From NCBI GenBank assembly GCA_964653595.1, contig CAZZHH010000011.1:2178-66177 (forward strand): 64,000 nucleotides of DNA, written 5' to 3'. The translations under genes were made by a program, and so were the position numbers. How positions within the stretch are numbered: the stretch's first letter is position 1; the number at the start of each line of letters is the position of its first letter. The notes below the pieces were generated by a model, which was not told the origin of the DNA, searched no databases, and saw nothing but the letters and a program-made list of their open reading frames with translations. Source of the stretch: an uncultured Lentimicrobiaceae bacterium (lineage in GTDB: Bacteria; Bacteroidota; Bacteroidia; Bacteroidales; WCHB1-69). Below are positions 18,308-28,135 of this stretch, in pieces.

Positions 18308-20455
18308 CTATTTTTTGCTAAATTTAAGAGAAATTCTCTCTCCGTTGTCACTTATAAAGTTCACAAGATAAAAACCGTTAGCCAATCCACTTACATCCAC
18401 AGAGTGTTTGAAAGTGCCAATACCTGAATTTATTTGTGAGGTATATACCACTTTACCAGTAATATCAAGAATATTTACATTTCCTTTAAAATTATCTTCC
18501 AATGCCATTTCGATATTCAATTGAGAAGTAACAGGATTTGGGAAAAGCATAATGTTTTCCACCCCTGAAATTTCGTTGATGCCTGTTCCAGAAGAAGTCC
18601 AGTTAGCAGAAAAACCATTTGCTATGTTTTTATTATCCGCTTGGAAAGTAAGACCCAATCTACCAGAAGGACAGTACACAACTGCTGGCAAAGAAGAACC
18701 AGTTAATACTGAAATTAAACTTGGATTAGTAGTATTTACTCTATTAAGAACATATAATTGATCATCAGCAGATAAATCAAATTCTGTAAAAGTTAACGTA
18801 ATATTTGCGGTATTTGCTGGTTGAATAAACCATTTACAATAGGTGTTGTTATGGTATTTTTCAGTTGCACTACCATCAGTAACAGTTCCAGTAGGAGTGG
18901 TGTAAAGTTTAACCGAAGAACAATAGTTACTAGCAACAGTGCTTGAATAATTGATCAACCAACCATCGTCGTTATTTGAACTATTTGTGATAAAGCGAAC
19001 CAATGTTTTAGGGTTGTTGATGGTAAAAGCAGCAGGTAAAGTTGTTCCCGAGAAAACAGCTACAACAGGGCTTCCGGTAGTTTCACCAGCATAAAAGACA
19101 ATACTATCAGCACCTAACTCGGTAGCAATTCTCGAGAAAGTAACGGTAATAGAAGTAGCATCATCAGGAGCTATTAGCCATTGACAATCAAGATCGTTTG
19201 CATAGTTAGCAGAGCGGCTTCCATCTTCGAGGGAACCATTACGAGCAGTAAGAGTAACATTAGATGGACATGCAGCAGGAGCAACATCAGGATAAATGTT
19301 TATGACTACTTGTTGATCATAATTAAAATCACTTCCATTTGGATTCAAATTAGAAAGTAAAAACCAACCATTACCATATCCACCCCAACCCCAGTTGAAG
19401 TGAAAATAGTTTTGATCGTCGTATCCATCGCAGTTATATGCGTGACCTCCACTACCATCTTCAGCACGTCCGGAGTTAATCATCGGATGACGAGCATCTA
19501 ATTGACCTTTAAAAAGAGCAATCCAGTCGTTTAAAACAGGATATTGATCTTTGCTTTTATAAGTACAATTGGCGCTATATCTAAAGTATTGTTTTAAAGC
19601 CACTGCTGCATTGGTTGTTTGAGAACCAGATCCATCTACCGCATAATCCATGCTAACGGAAATTCCTAAATGAGCAATCAATTGTGCAACGCTAAAATTG
19701 TAATTGTTGACTACATCCGTCATTGCATCCCAGTGGTATGTTGTAGCGCCAAAATTAGCAGACAACACCCCATATTCACATTGTCCATTGTCGCCCCATG
19801 AGTTGCTTTCGTTGTATGTTTTTGAACCATTTCCAATTTGAGGATGGCGATTGTAAAACATTACTTGAGAAGTAGATAATGCAACACAACCATTAGGAAC
19901 GTGAAAATCGTATCCATTAACCGACATGGAATCAAAAGGACATTGTTCGTTATAATATTGATCTTGATTCCATGTTGTAGTCAAAAGAGGGCCAACAATA
20001 GGAGCTCCCACTTTAGAATTATCCACAACAGCATCTGGATTTGTAATTCTATTCCATTCAGATTTTGCTTCTGCTGTAGGACTAGCATTTGCTTTAATTA
20101 CCTCTTTCAAAGACTCTTCGTACCCCTTAAGCCAATCTAAAAGAGCAGGTGCTGAGTTAGATTTATCAAGATTTTGATCGATAGAATATCCTAATACTGG
20201 GACACTTGCATCCTCAGCAGCAATTATCACAAAGCCTTTAGGATCGAAGTTTACAATATAATAGAGAACCGAATTACCACTTTTCTCCATATAAATAGAT
20301 TTAATAGTGGGTTCGGTAGACAAAGGTTTTCCGAATGCGACACATCGCTCTTTGAAATAGAAAGTTGCGGCCTTAACAGCAATGTCCCTAGGAACCTCTT
20401 TTGCTATTAATGTGATACTAAACAGTACCAAAATAAAGGTGCTAATTTTTTTCAT
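18308..20455 (-). CDS. C10 family cysteine peptidase (SpeB/streptopain-like) with I69-like prodomain, two CUB domains and T9SS type A CTD
   Basis: TTWNQ, GCVA (catalytic Cys), GHAYNCDGY (His), HFNWGWGG; CUB repeats YANDLDCQWLI and YHNNTYCKWFI; CTD LFPNP...LDITGK. Confidence 0.92.
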   Translation of the reverse strand: MKKISTFILVLFSITLIAKEVPRDIAVKAATFYFKERCVAFGKPLSTEPTIKSIYMEKSGNSVLYYIVNFDPKGFVIIAAEDASVPVLGYSIDQNLDKSNSAPALLDWLKGYEESLKEVIKANASPTAEAKSEWNRITNPDAVVDNSKVGAPIVGPLLTTTWNQDQYYNEQCPFDSMSVNGYDFHVPNGCVALSTSQVMFYNRHPQIGNGSKTYNESNSWGDNGQCEYGVLSANFGATTYHWDAMTDVVNNYNFSVAQLIAHLGISVSMDYAVDGSGSQTTNAAVALKQYFRYSANCTYKSKDQYPVLNDWIALFKGQLDARHPMINSGRAEDGSGGHAYNCDGYDDQNYFHFNWGWGGYGNGWFLLSNLNPNGSDFNYDQQVVINIYPDVAPAACPSNVTLTARNGSLEDGSRSANYANDLDCQWLIAPDDATSITVTFSRIATELGADSIVFYAGETTGSPVVAVFSGTTLPAAFTINNPKTLVRFITNSSNNDDGWLINYSSTVASNYCSSVKLYTTPTGTVTDGSATEKYHNNTYCKWFIQPANTANITLTFTEFDLSADDQLYVLNRVNTTNPSLISVLTGSSLPAVVYCPSGRLGLTFQADNKNIANGFSANWTSSGTGINEISGVENIMLFPNPVTSQLNIEMALEDNFKGNVNILDITGKVVYTSQINSGIGTFKHSVDVSGLANGFYLVNFISDNGERISLKFSKK

Positions 20456-20633
20456 CTAAATTTGTTTGTTTTTATTTGTTTTTGTTATTTACATTTTTGC
20501 TCCCCAAAGATAAAGGAATTTATTATTCTAGAAACTTTTTCTGAGGACTTTTTATTGCAAATAACAAATTTATAACATTTTGTTTCTCAATTACAAGATG
20601 GGTTTTACTACTTTTGCTAAAAAAAATAAAAAC

Positions 20634-21878
20634 ATGAGTATATTAATTTCGAACATAAAAACATTAGTTCAAGTTGAAGAAAAACCAGTCTTATTTAAGG
20701 CAGGAAAAGCCATGCAAAATTTAGCAACTATCGACAACGCTTGGCTATACATCAAAGGAGATAAAATTCACTCTTTTGGATGTATGGAGTCGCTCGATTA
20801 TACCAAAATCAGTCCCAACGCAACCATTATCGATGCTAGTGGCAGGATGGTATTTCCTTCGTTTTGCGATTCACATACTCACCTTGTTTATGCTGGAAGC
20901 AGAGAAATTGAATACATCGATAAAATTAAAGGCTTAAGCTATGAAGAGATAGCTAAGCGTGGTGGCGGGATCCTTAATTCCTCCATTCGATTACATAATG
21001 CCTCGGAAGAAGAGTTGTTTGACTCTGCTTGGCAACGATTGGAAACGATTTCATCCTATGGCACAGGTGCTGTTGAAATTAAAAGTGGATATGGCCTTAG
21101 CGTGGAAGATGAAATTAAAATGCTTCGAGTAATCAAGAAGTTGAAAGAGAAATCGCCCGTTACCATAAAATCTACTTTCTTAGGTGCACATGCAGTTCCT
21201 TTAGACTACAAGGGGAGACAATCTGAGTTTGTGGATTTAGTGATTAACGAAATGATGCCCATGGTAGCAGCAGAAGAGTTAGCAGATTTTGTGGATGTAT
21301 TTTGCGATAAGGGCTTTTTTACGACAGAGGAGACCGAAAAAATATTGATGAGTGCCATGAAATACGGGATGAGAGCGAAGATTCATGCAAATGAGCTAGA
21401 TTATTCAGGAGGAATTCAAGTTGGAGTAAAATACAATGCTCTCTCCGTAGATCACTTAGAATATACAGGCGAGGAAGAGATTGCATGTTTGCTTAATTCC
21501 GAAACCATGCCTACACTTTTGCCAGGTGCTGCTTTTTTCTTAGGAATGGTATATGCGCCCGTAAGAAAAATGATTAACTGTGGTTTGCCTGTTGCAATGG
21601 CAAGCGACTTTAACCCAGGCTCCTCGCCATCTGGGAATATGCAACTAATCCTTTCGATGGGTTGCATCAAATACAAAATGCTCCCTTCTGAAGCAATAAA
21701 TGCTGTAACCTTAAACAGCGCTTATGCGATGGATGTTTCACGTGAATTAGGATCCATTGCTGTTGGAAAAAAAGCAAACGTATTCATTACTACACCCATC
21801 CCATCGATTGAATATTTACCATACTCTTATGGTGACAATAAAGTTGCAACTGTGATATTAAACGGAAAAATTTGCTAG
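20634..21878 (+). CDS. hutI: Imidazolonepropionase
   Basis: DSHTH, GGGI, EIKSGYG, HANEL, ASDFNPG. Start moved to ATG 20634 because TACTTTTG lies at 20609-20616. Confidence 0.95.
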   Translation: MSILISNIKTLVQVEEKPVLFKAGKAMQNLATIDNAWLYIKGDKIHSFGCMESLDYTKISPNATIIDASGRMVFPSFCDSHTHLVYAGSREIEYIDKIKGLSYEEIAKRGGGILNSSIRLHNASEEELFDSAWQRLETISSYGTGAVEIKSGYGLSVEDEIKMLRVIKKLKEKSPVTIKSTFLGAHAVPLDYKGRQSEFVDLVINEMMPMVAAEELADFVDVFCDKGFFTTEETEKILMSAMKYGMRAKIHANELDYSGGIQVGVKYNALSVDHLEYTGEEEIACLLNSETMPTLLPGAAFFLGMVYAPVRKMINCGLPVAMASDFNPGSSPSGNMQLILSMGCIKYKMLPSEAINAVTLNSAYAMDVSRELGSIAVGKKANVFITTPIPSIEYLPYSYGDNKVATVILNGKIC

Positions 21879-21916
21879 CAAATGATCCTCTGAAGAGTTA
21901 TTAGCGACAATCTAAT

Positions 21917-21957
21917 ATAAATAAGGCTGTTTTGGTTCTCAAAACAGCCTTATTTAT
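21917..21957. terminator. Bidirectional intrinsic terminator
   Basis: 18-bp stem ATAAATAAGGCTGTTTTG/CAAAACAGCCTTATTTAT between convergent genes. Confidence 0.85.
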
Positions 21958-22028
21958 TATGCTAAAATTCAAAATTTACTTCAAATAATTGACATGAAAT
22001 AAAAGTCAAACTTTTTTATATTTTATCT

Positions 22029-22637
22029 TTAATTGGTCAATTTTTTATAGTATTTCATACCTGTAAATGATCCTTGAATAAAAACAGTATCACTATTTGG
22101 AGGTAATGCCACACATGTAGCGGTAAAATTGCCGTTGATAGATTTTTTAATAGGATTGCAATAAGTCACGTTAACACTTCCAGGCAAACCATTATCTACA
22201 ACATAAATATAATCACTGGATAAAGAGTAGATTAAATAGGGTTTATCGCTGTAGGTTGAGTCTCCTAAGGTAATACTCGTTGTTGTTGTATCCACTGGTC
22301 CAAAAATATAAGCTTTAGGCACAACTCCATCTGGGTGACCTCCATTGCCCTCCCAATTGGTAAGAACAATTTTCAACTTTTCTAATTCATTTAATTTTGA
22401 CTCAAGAACAAGTCTTCTCCCATTCAAAATAGTGCCATTCAACGAATCTCTCTCAAGGGATTGAACAAAGTTATCGAATAACAAAGGAGTATAAACGCTG
22501 TTTTTAATAGAAACAGTCATGCTCATACCGTCGGTTAAGGTTAAAGGATCAGAATGATCAACATCCTCCTTACATGAAATCAGCATGGTAGATAAGCTAA
22601 TTACAAAAACTGCAAAAAAAGAGATTCTTCTTTTCAT
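22029..22637 (-). CDS. Hypothetical lipoprotein
   Basis: Lipobox LISC followed by KEDVD; beta-rich, C-terminal INGNFTAT motif shared with the neighbour. Confidence 0.75.
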   Translation of the reverse strand: MKRRISFFAVFVISLSTMLISCKEDVDHSDPLTLTDGMSMTVSIKNSVYTPLLFDNFVQSLERDSLNGTILNGRRLVLESKLNELEKLKIVLTNWEGNGGHPDGVVPKAYIFGPVDTTTTSITLGDSTYSDKPYLIYSLSSDYIYVVDNGLPGSVNVTYCNPIKKSINGNFTATCVALPPNSDTVFIQGSFTGMKYYKKLTN

Positions 22638-22734
22638 AGATTTATTTTTTATATTAATTTTTCACTTCTTTTATTTAACCATTTATATTCCGATGTCTAT
22701 AAAACAAAATGGACATAAAGTTTTTTTTGACATT

Positions 22735-23328
22735 TTAATTAACTACGGTATATTTTTGATTTTTAAATTCACCTAATATCGATATTGAATCATTCGCATT
22801 GGCAAGATCTTTAACTGTAAATATAAATTTTCCACTTACTTTCTTAGAAATTACATCACAAGAAGATATTTCTATAAATTCACTATTATTAACAGAAGTA
22901 GAACTAACATAGGATTTAGAATTAACAAACCAGATAGCACCTCCAAAATCGGATAAAGGGCCATTAGCAGTTTGAATAGAAGTAGCAAAGATAGGATTAG
23001 AAAAATATTTTTTAGTTTTCACCCCTCCATTGGGTGGATTTTGAAAATCCCCACAAATGGCTGTGAGAGTAAGTTTATTAGCACCTGAATTTGCAACGAT
23101 ATCCAGTTGTTTGAATACCCGCCCTTCCATTATCTTATGCGTTAACGAGTGTTTATCCATAACCGTTTCAGTAGCGGCGCCATTGATTAAAAATGAAAAA
23201 GTGGAAACGGTATCTTCCAAAACATTTTTATCTACCTCCTCTTTTTTACAAGAAGTAGAAAAATTCGTGACAGCTAATATTGAGAATAATGCAAACAAAA
23301 AGTATAAATTTTTAAATTTTACAATCAT
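22735..23328 (-). CDS. Hypothetical lipoprotein (probable paralog of downstream gene)
   Basis: Lipobox STSC followed by KKEE; C-terminal ISSC...KKVSGKFIFT...ILGEF. Confidence 0.75.
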   Translation of the reverse strand: MIVKFKNLYFLFALFSILAVTNFSTSCKKEEVDKNVLEDTVSTFSFLINGAATETVMDKHSLTHKIMEGRVFKQLDIVANSGANKLTLTAICGDFQNPPNGGVKTKKYFSNPIFATSIQTANGPLSDFGGAIWFVNSKSYVSSTSVNNSEFIEISSCDVISKKVSGKFIFTVKDLANANDSISILGEFKNQKYTVVN

Positions 23329-23490
23329 GTAATTATGCTTTCGGTTATAAATTTATAAAAATAAAACCAATAATTGTACGATTTAAAAAACAAAAAGTTC
23401 CAAAAAAAATTAAAACATTGCATTTCAGATATATACAAATTTTTAAAGCATAAAATTTAAGAAAAAAGGATTAAATAAATAGACAAAAAA

Positions 23491-24063
23491 TTATGTCATC
23501 AATTTATTTATGGTAATTGGAAACCAGTCTTTTTCTAAAAGATGAATTTTTTCAGCAAGAGTTATTGGGGTGTCTTTGGAGTCAATTGAGCAGGATTTTT
23601 GTAGAATGATTGCACCATCGTCGTAAAGTTCTGAAACAAAATGAATGGTAATACCAGATTGTTGATCTTTGTTGGAAATAACAGCATGATGCACGTGCTC
23701 TCCAAACATTCCTTTACCGCCATATTTAGGGAGAAGAGCAGGATGAATGTTAATAATCTTATGTTGGAATTCATGCACGATATATGGAGGAATCAACAGA
23801 AGAAATCCTGCTAAAACAATTAAATCCGGATTAATTTCTTTTAGTTTATAGAACACGATGCTAGAAGATTCGGACAAAAGGTCATTTTTATCGAAAACAA
23901 TGCAAGGGATATGAAGCATTTTAGCACGTTGGATAACGAATGCATTTGGGTTATTGCAAAAAATAGCTTCTACCTTAAAGACGGATTGTGGTAATTTAGA
24001 GAATTCAACAATATTTTGGGCGTTAGTACCACTTCCAGAGGCAAAGATTACGATTTTTTTCAT
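23491..24063 (-). CDS. purN: Phosphoribosylglycinamide formyltransferase
   Basis: FASGSGTN, LAGFL, NIHPALLPKYGG, YDDG. Confidence 0.95.
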   Translation of the reverse strand: MKKIVIFASGSGTNAQNIVEFSKLPQSVFKVEAIFCNNPNAFVIQRAKMLHIPCIVFDKNDLLSESSSIVFYKLKEINPDLIVLAGFLLLIPPYIVHEFQHKIINIHPALLPKYGGKGMFGEHVHHAVISNKDQQSGITIHFVSELYDDGAIILQKSCSIDSKDTPITLAEKIHLLEKDWFPITINKLMT

Positions 24064-24256
24064 ATAATTTCAAAATTCACAAAAGCAGATTAAGTACAAG
24101 GGCAAAGGAACAAAAAAAAAACAAATTTGAGAAATAAAAAGGAAGAATATATTCATTTAATGAATTTTAACATTTTTAATCAATTGATTATGTGCAGGTT
24201 AATGAAATAGCAAAAGCTTAAAAAAAAAATTGGTAAAAAAACAGATTAAAAACATT

Positions 24257-24264
24257 TAATTTTG
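24257..24264 (+). promoter_or_regulatory. -7 element (TAATTTTG) for acpP-fabF-rnc
   Basis: TAnnTTTG match 30 nt upstream of acpP. Confidence 0.55.
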
Positions 24265-24294
24265 CTCCGATTTAATCATTAAAATTAAAATAAT

Positions 24295-24534
24295 ATGTCA
24301 GAAATTCAAGCAAGAGTTAAGGCTATCATTATTGATAAACTTGGCGTTGACGAAAAAGATGTTGTAGCAGAAGCTAGTTTCACTAACGACTTAGGTGCAG
24401 ATTCATTAGATACCGTTGAGTTGATTATGGAATTCGAAAAAGAGTTTAACATTGCAATAGCCGACGATCAAGCTGAAAAGATTGGTACTGTTGGTGATGC
24501 AGTTACATTCATCGAAAATAACGTTAGCAAGTAA
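24295..24534 (+). CDS. acpP: Acyl carrier protein
   Basis: [12 protein letters not shown] phosphopantetheine motif. Confidence 0.97.
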   Translation: MSEIQARVKAIIIDKLGVDEKDVVAEASFTNDLGADSLDTVELIMEFEKEFNIAIADDQAEKIGTVGDAVTFIENNVSK

Positions 24535-24564
24535 TTTGCTTTTAATTAGCTAAAACAACCATTT

Positions 24565-25815
24565 ATGGAGCTAAAAAGAGTAGTTGTTACTGGCATGGGA
24601 GCACTTACTCCAATAGGAAATTCAGTTCAAGATTATTGGAATGGATTGATTAATGGAGTAAGTGGTGCCGCCACTATCACTAAATTTGATGCGGAAAAAT
24701 TCAAGACACAGTTTGCATGTGAAGTAAAGAACTTTGACATCTCACAGTATCTTGACCGCAAAGAAGCACGAAAATTAGATTTGTTTTCTCAATATGCAGT
24801 AGCTACTGCAGATGAAGCTATAAAGGATGCTCAAATTGACTTATCTGCTATCAACTTGGATAGAGCTGGGGTAATTTGGGGTACTGGCATTGGTGGATTT
24901 ACTTCGTTTATTGCAGAGGTAACAGACTTTGCGAAGGGAGATGGAACACCAAAGTTCAATCCATTTTTTATTCCAAAAATAATCAGCGATATCGCTGCTG
25001 GGCATCTATCTATGATATATGGATTTAGAGGTCCTAATTATTGTACTTCATCTGCCTGTGCATCATCTGCAAACGCAATTGCCGACGCATATAATTTAAT
25101 TCGATTAGGCAAGGGGGATATTTTCATTACAGGTGGTTCGGAAGCTGGTGTTAATACAGCAGGAATTGGTGGATTTAATGCATTGCATGCATTATCAACC
25201 AGAAACGAGGATCCATGTACTGCGTCTCGCCCTTTTGACAAAGACCGTGATGGTTTTGTAATCGGAGAAGGTGCAGGAGCTTTAATTTTGGAAGAGTATG
25301 AACATGCGAAAGCACGTGGTGCAAAAATCTATGCAGAGTTGGTAGGCACAGGTCTTTCTGCAGATGCTCATCATCTTACTGCCCCTCATCCAGAAGGATA
25401 TGGTGCAATGATGGCGATGAAATCGGCAATAGACGAAGCTGGAATAACACTAGATAAGATTGACCACATAAATACACATGGTACATCTACCCCAGTTGGA
25501 GATATTGCTGAACCAAAAGCAATTTTACAACTATTTGGAGATCATGCATACTCTATTAATATCAATTCAACAAAGTCGATGACGGGTCATTTATTAGGAG
25601 CTGCCGCTGTAATTGAAGCGATTGCTACAATTTTAGCCATTAAAAACGATCTAGTTCCTCCTACTATCAACCATTTCACCGACGATCCTGAAATTGATAA
25701 CAAGTTAAATTTCACATTCAACAAAGCACAAAATAGAGTTGTAACGTATGCACTTTCCAATGCTTTTGGTTTTGGAGGACACAACACCTCTCTTTTGTTT
25801 AAAAAGTCAGAGTAG
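24565..25815 (+). CDS. fabF: Beta-ketoacyl-ACP synthase II
   Basis: RVVVTGMG, SACASS (Cys), HGTSTP, KSMTGHLLG, SNAFGFGG. Confidence 0.96.
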   Translation: MELKRVVVTGMGALTPIGNSVQDYWNGLINGVSGAATITKFDAEKFKTQFACEVKNFDISQYLDRKEARKLDLFSQYAVATADEAIKDAQIDLSAINLDRAGVIWGTGIGGFTSFIAEVTDFAKGDGTPKFNPFFIPKIISDIAAGHLSMIYGFRGPNYCTSSACASSANAIADAYNLIRLGKGDIFITGGSEAGVNTAGIGGFNALHALSTRNEDPCTASRPFDKDRDGFVIGEGAGALILEEYEHAKARGAKIYAELVGTGLSADAHHLTAPHPEGYGAMMAMKSAIDEAGITLDKIDHINTHGTSTPVGDIAEPKAILQLFGDHAYSININSTKSMTGHLLGAAAVIEAIATILAIKNDLVPPTINHFTDDPEIDNKLNFTFNKAQNRVVTYALSNAFGFGGHNTSLLFKKSE

Positions 25816-25820
25816 TTATT

Positions 25821-26585
25821 TTGAATAGATTTATCAATCGATACAGGATACTATTTTCTAAGGATAAAGAGCTTTACAGCTATTTAAAAAATATTTTTGG
25901 GATTAATCCCAAAAATATTTTTTTATATAAGTTAGCTTTTACTCACAAATCGGGCAATTATCAAACAAAATCTGGTCAGCGATTTAACAATGAGAGGCTA
26001 GAATATTTGGGAGATGCCATATTAGGTGGAATTGTTGCCACTTATCTTTTCAAAAAATACCCCACTGCGGATGAAGGGTTTCTATCAGAAACACGATCTA
26101 AAATTGTGAAAAGAGACCATTTAAATAAATTATCTGCAAAAATTGGACTCTCCTCTTTTATCAATAAAAAAAATGACAATTTATTCTACAAATCTATAAA
26201 TGGGGATGTTTTTGAGGCATTTATAGGAGCATTGTACCTAGACAGGGGTTACAACTATACCTATAAAATTATCACTTCCCATATTATTCCTAAGTGGGTA
26301 GATATTGAAGGGTTGTTGAAAACGGAGACAAATTATAAGAGTAGAATTATTGAACATACTCAAAAACACAAACAAACCATTGAGTTTAAAGTTGTTGACA
26401 TTAAAGAGATTGGCAAGCGAAAAGAGTATTGTGTTGAGGTGTTGATAGATGGTGAAGCAATTGCTACTGGTATTGATTTGTCAATAAAAAGCGCTGAACA
26501 AATAGCAGCCGAGCATGCATTTTCTAAATTATATTCGCATACCACCACCAATCAAGAATTCTTATCAACAGAGCTCTCTTCATAA
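25821..26585 (+). CDS. rnc: Ribonuclease III
   Basis: NERLEYLGDAILG signature, GDVFEAFIGALYLD, C-terminal dsRBD; TTG start. Confidence 0.95.
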   Translation: MNRFINRYRILFSKDKELYSYLKNIFGINPKNIFLYKLAFTHKSGNYQTKSGQRFNNERLEYLGDAILGGIVATYLFKKYPTADEGFLSETRSKIVKRDHLNKLSAKIGLSSFINKKNDNLFYKSINGDVFEAFIGALYLDRGYNYTYKIITSHIIPKWVDIEGLLKTETNYKSRIIEHTQKHKQTIEFKVVDIKEIGKRKEYCVEVLIDGEAIATGIDLSIKSAEQIAAEHAFSKLYSHTTTNQEFLSTELSS

Positions 26586-26657
26586 TTATTCCCTATTTAC
26601 AAAATTTCCATTAAAAAATTTCGGTATTTTTGGATCATTTAGCAAACAACATCCAAA

Positions 26658-27302
26658 ATGCGTCGTACAATCAAATTTGAACCTGGTTTTCAGCATGTTG
26701 CGATTCTATTTAATTCCAATGCAGATATTATTTCGTTAGCATCTACGTTGAATAAATTGACTCACAGCGCGCTAACACTTACGGGTGCTCTTAAATCGCG
26801 CGATAGTATATTGGATAAGGAGCTTGAGTTTATAGCTTTTTCGCACGAAGACAAGATTGCCAAAGCAACCATGTTTTTGATTAAAAACAAAACCGAGTTT
26901 AAAATTCAAAAAAAAGCGTACGATCTGTTTTCTGAAGAGCAAGAGGAGATTATCCACCGACAACTGATTGGCTCATCAAATAGCATATACACTCACAAAT
27001 CACTGATAAACAGCGACTATTGCATCATCTTGTCATTTCCTTTTTGTCAACACAAACCACAAAATATCATTTCTGGTATTAAAAAGCACCCTCAAATCGC
27101 TTCCTTTATTGAAATAGACTTTGAAAACTACTCTAACCTTAAAGATTTATCAGAAGAGATAGAGATTTATATTACAGAATATAATGTGAGTTGTGAACAA
27201 AAAGCATGTGCACTAAAAAGAAGCAAAATTCTATCTAAAAGAGAGAAAGAAGAGGTTAAAGAGGAGGTCAAAAGCAATAGAATTTATTATGGAGAGTTTT
27301 AA
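26658..27302 (+). CDS. Hypothetical protein, possibly divergent IPExxxVDY family
   Basis: Position after rnc, ASTLNKL and FLIKNK segments, SLINSDY where IPExxxVDY is expected; charged C-terminal extension. Confidence 0.5.
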   Translation: MRRTIKFEPGFQHVAILFNSNADIISLASTLNKLTHSALTLTGALKSRDSILDKELEFIAFSHEDKIAKATMFLIKNKTEFKIQKKAYDLFSEEQEEIIHRQLIGSSNSIYTHKSLINSDYCIILSFPFCQHKPQNIISGIKKHPQIASFIEIDFENYSNLKDLSEEIEIYITEYNVSCEQKACALKRSKILSKREKEEVKEEVKSNRIYYGEF

Positions 27303-27304
27303 AA

Positions 27305-28105
27305 ATGACAGATAGCAAAGAGTTAATCATTTCATTTGTCCAATTCAATATCATTTGGCAAGATAGAGAGGCAAACATCCGAAAAGTAGAAGAATTATTA
27401 GAGTCAACTTCGATTGAAAGCGATGTGATTATACTTCCAGAAATGTTTACTACAGGATTTTCCGTCTCTGAAACAAGCCTCTTTGAAGACATAAACGACT
27501 CTCCTACCCTTCTTTGGATGAAAACAATAGCCAAAAGAAGGAATAGTGCTATTTGCGGGAGTTTTGCCATTCATGATTCCGGAAAGCATTTTAACAGGAT
27601 GTTTTTTGTAGAACCTGATGGCAGCTTTAAAACGTATGACAAAAAACACCTTTTTAGATTGAGTGTTGAGCCCAAATATTACTCCTCTGGGACATCAAGA
27701 ACCATTGTAGATTTCAGAGGGTGGAAAATTAATCTAGCGATTTGTTATGATTTAAGATTCCCTGTTTGGTTAAGAAACAGTTATAAAAAAGATCAATACG
27801 AATACGATATTTTACTAATTTCTGCCAATTGGCCATCTTCCAGAATTAAAATTTGGAAAACCCTTCTAGCTGCTCGCTCTATTGAAAATCAATGCTACAC
27901 CATAGGAGTTAACCGAATTGGCAACGATGGAAATTCCATCCCACATAATGGGTTTTCGATGATTTGTGATTGGAATGGAGATACATTAGTTTCGAGTAAA
28001 GAAAAAGAAGGCCTGTTAAGCACAAAATTAACCAAAGCATCTCTTGAAAAACAGCGAATTACGAACACCTTTGCTGCAGATTGGGATTCCTATAAGATTT
28101 ATTAA
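27305..28105 (+). CDS. Nitrilase/carbon-nitrogen hydrolase family (omega-amidase YafV-like)
   Basis: E-K-C triad: LPEMF, YDKKHLF, ICYDLRFP. Confidence 0.92.
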   Translation: MTDSKELIISFVQFNIIWQDREANIRKVEELLESTSIESDVIILPEMFTTGFSVSETSLFEDINDSPTLLWMKTIAKRRNSAICGSFAIHDSGKHFNRMFFVEPDGSFKTYDKKHLFRLSVEPKYYSSGTSRTIVDFRGWKINLAICYDLRFPVWLRNSYKKDQYEYDILLISANWPSSRIKIWKTLLAARSIENQCYTIGVNRIGNDGNSIPHNGFSMICDWNGDTLVSSKEKEGLLSTKLTKASLEKQRITNTFAADWDSYKIY

Positions 28106-28135
28106 TTCACAGTAATTACAACAAAAAATAAGACA

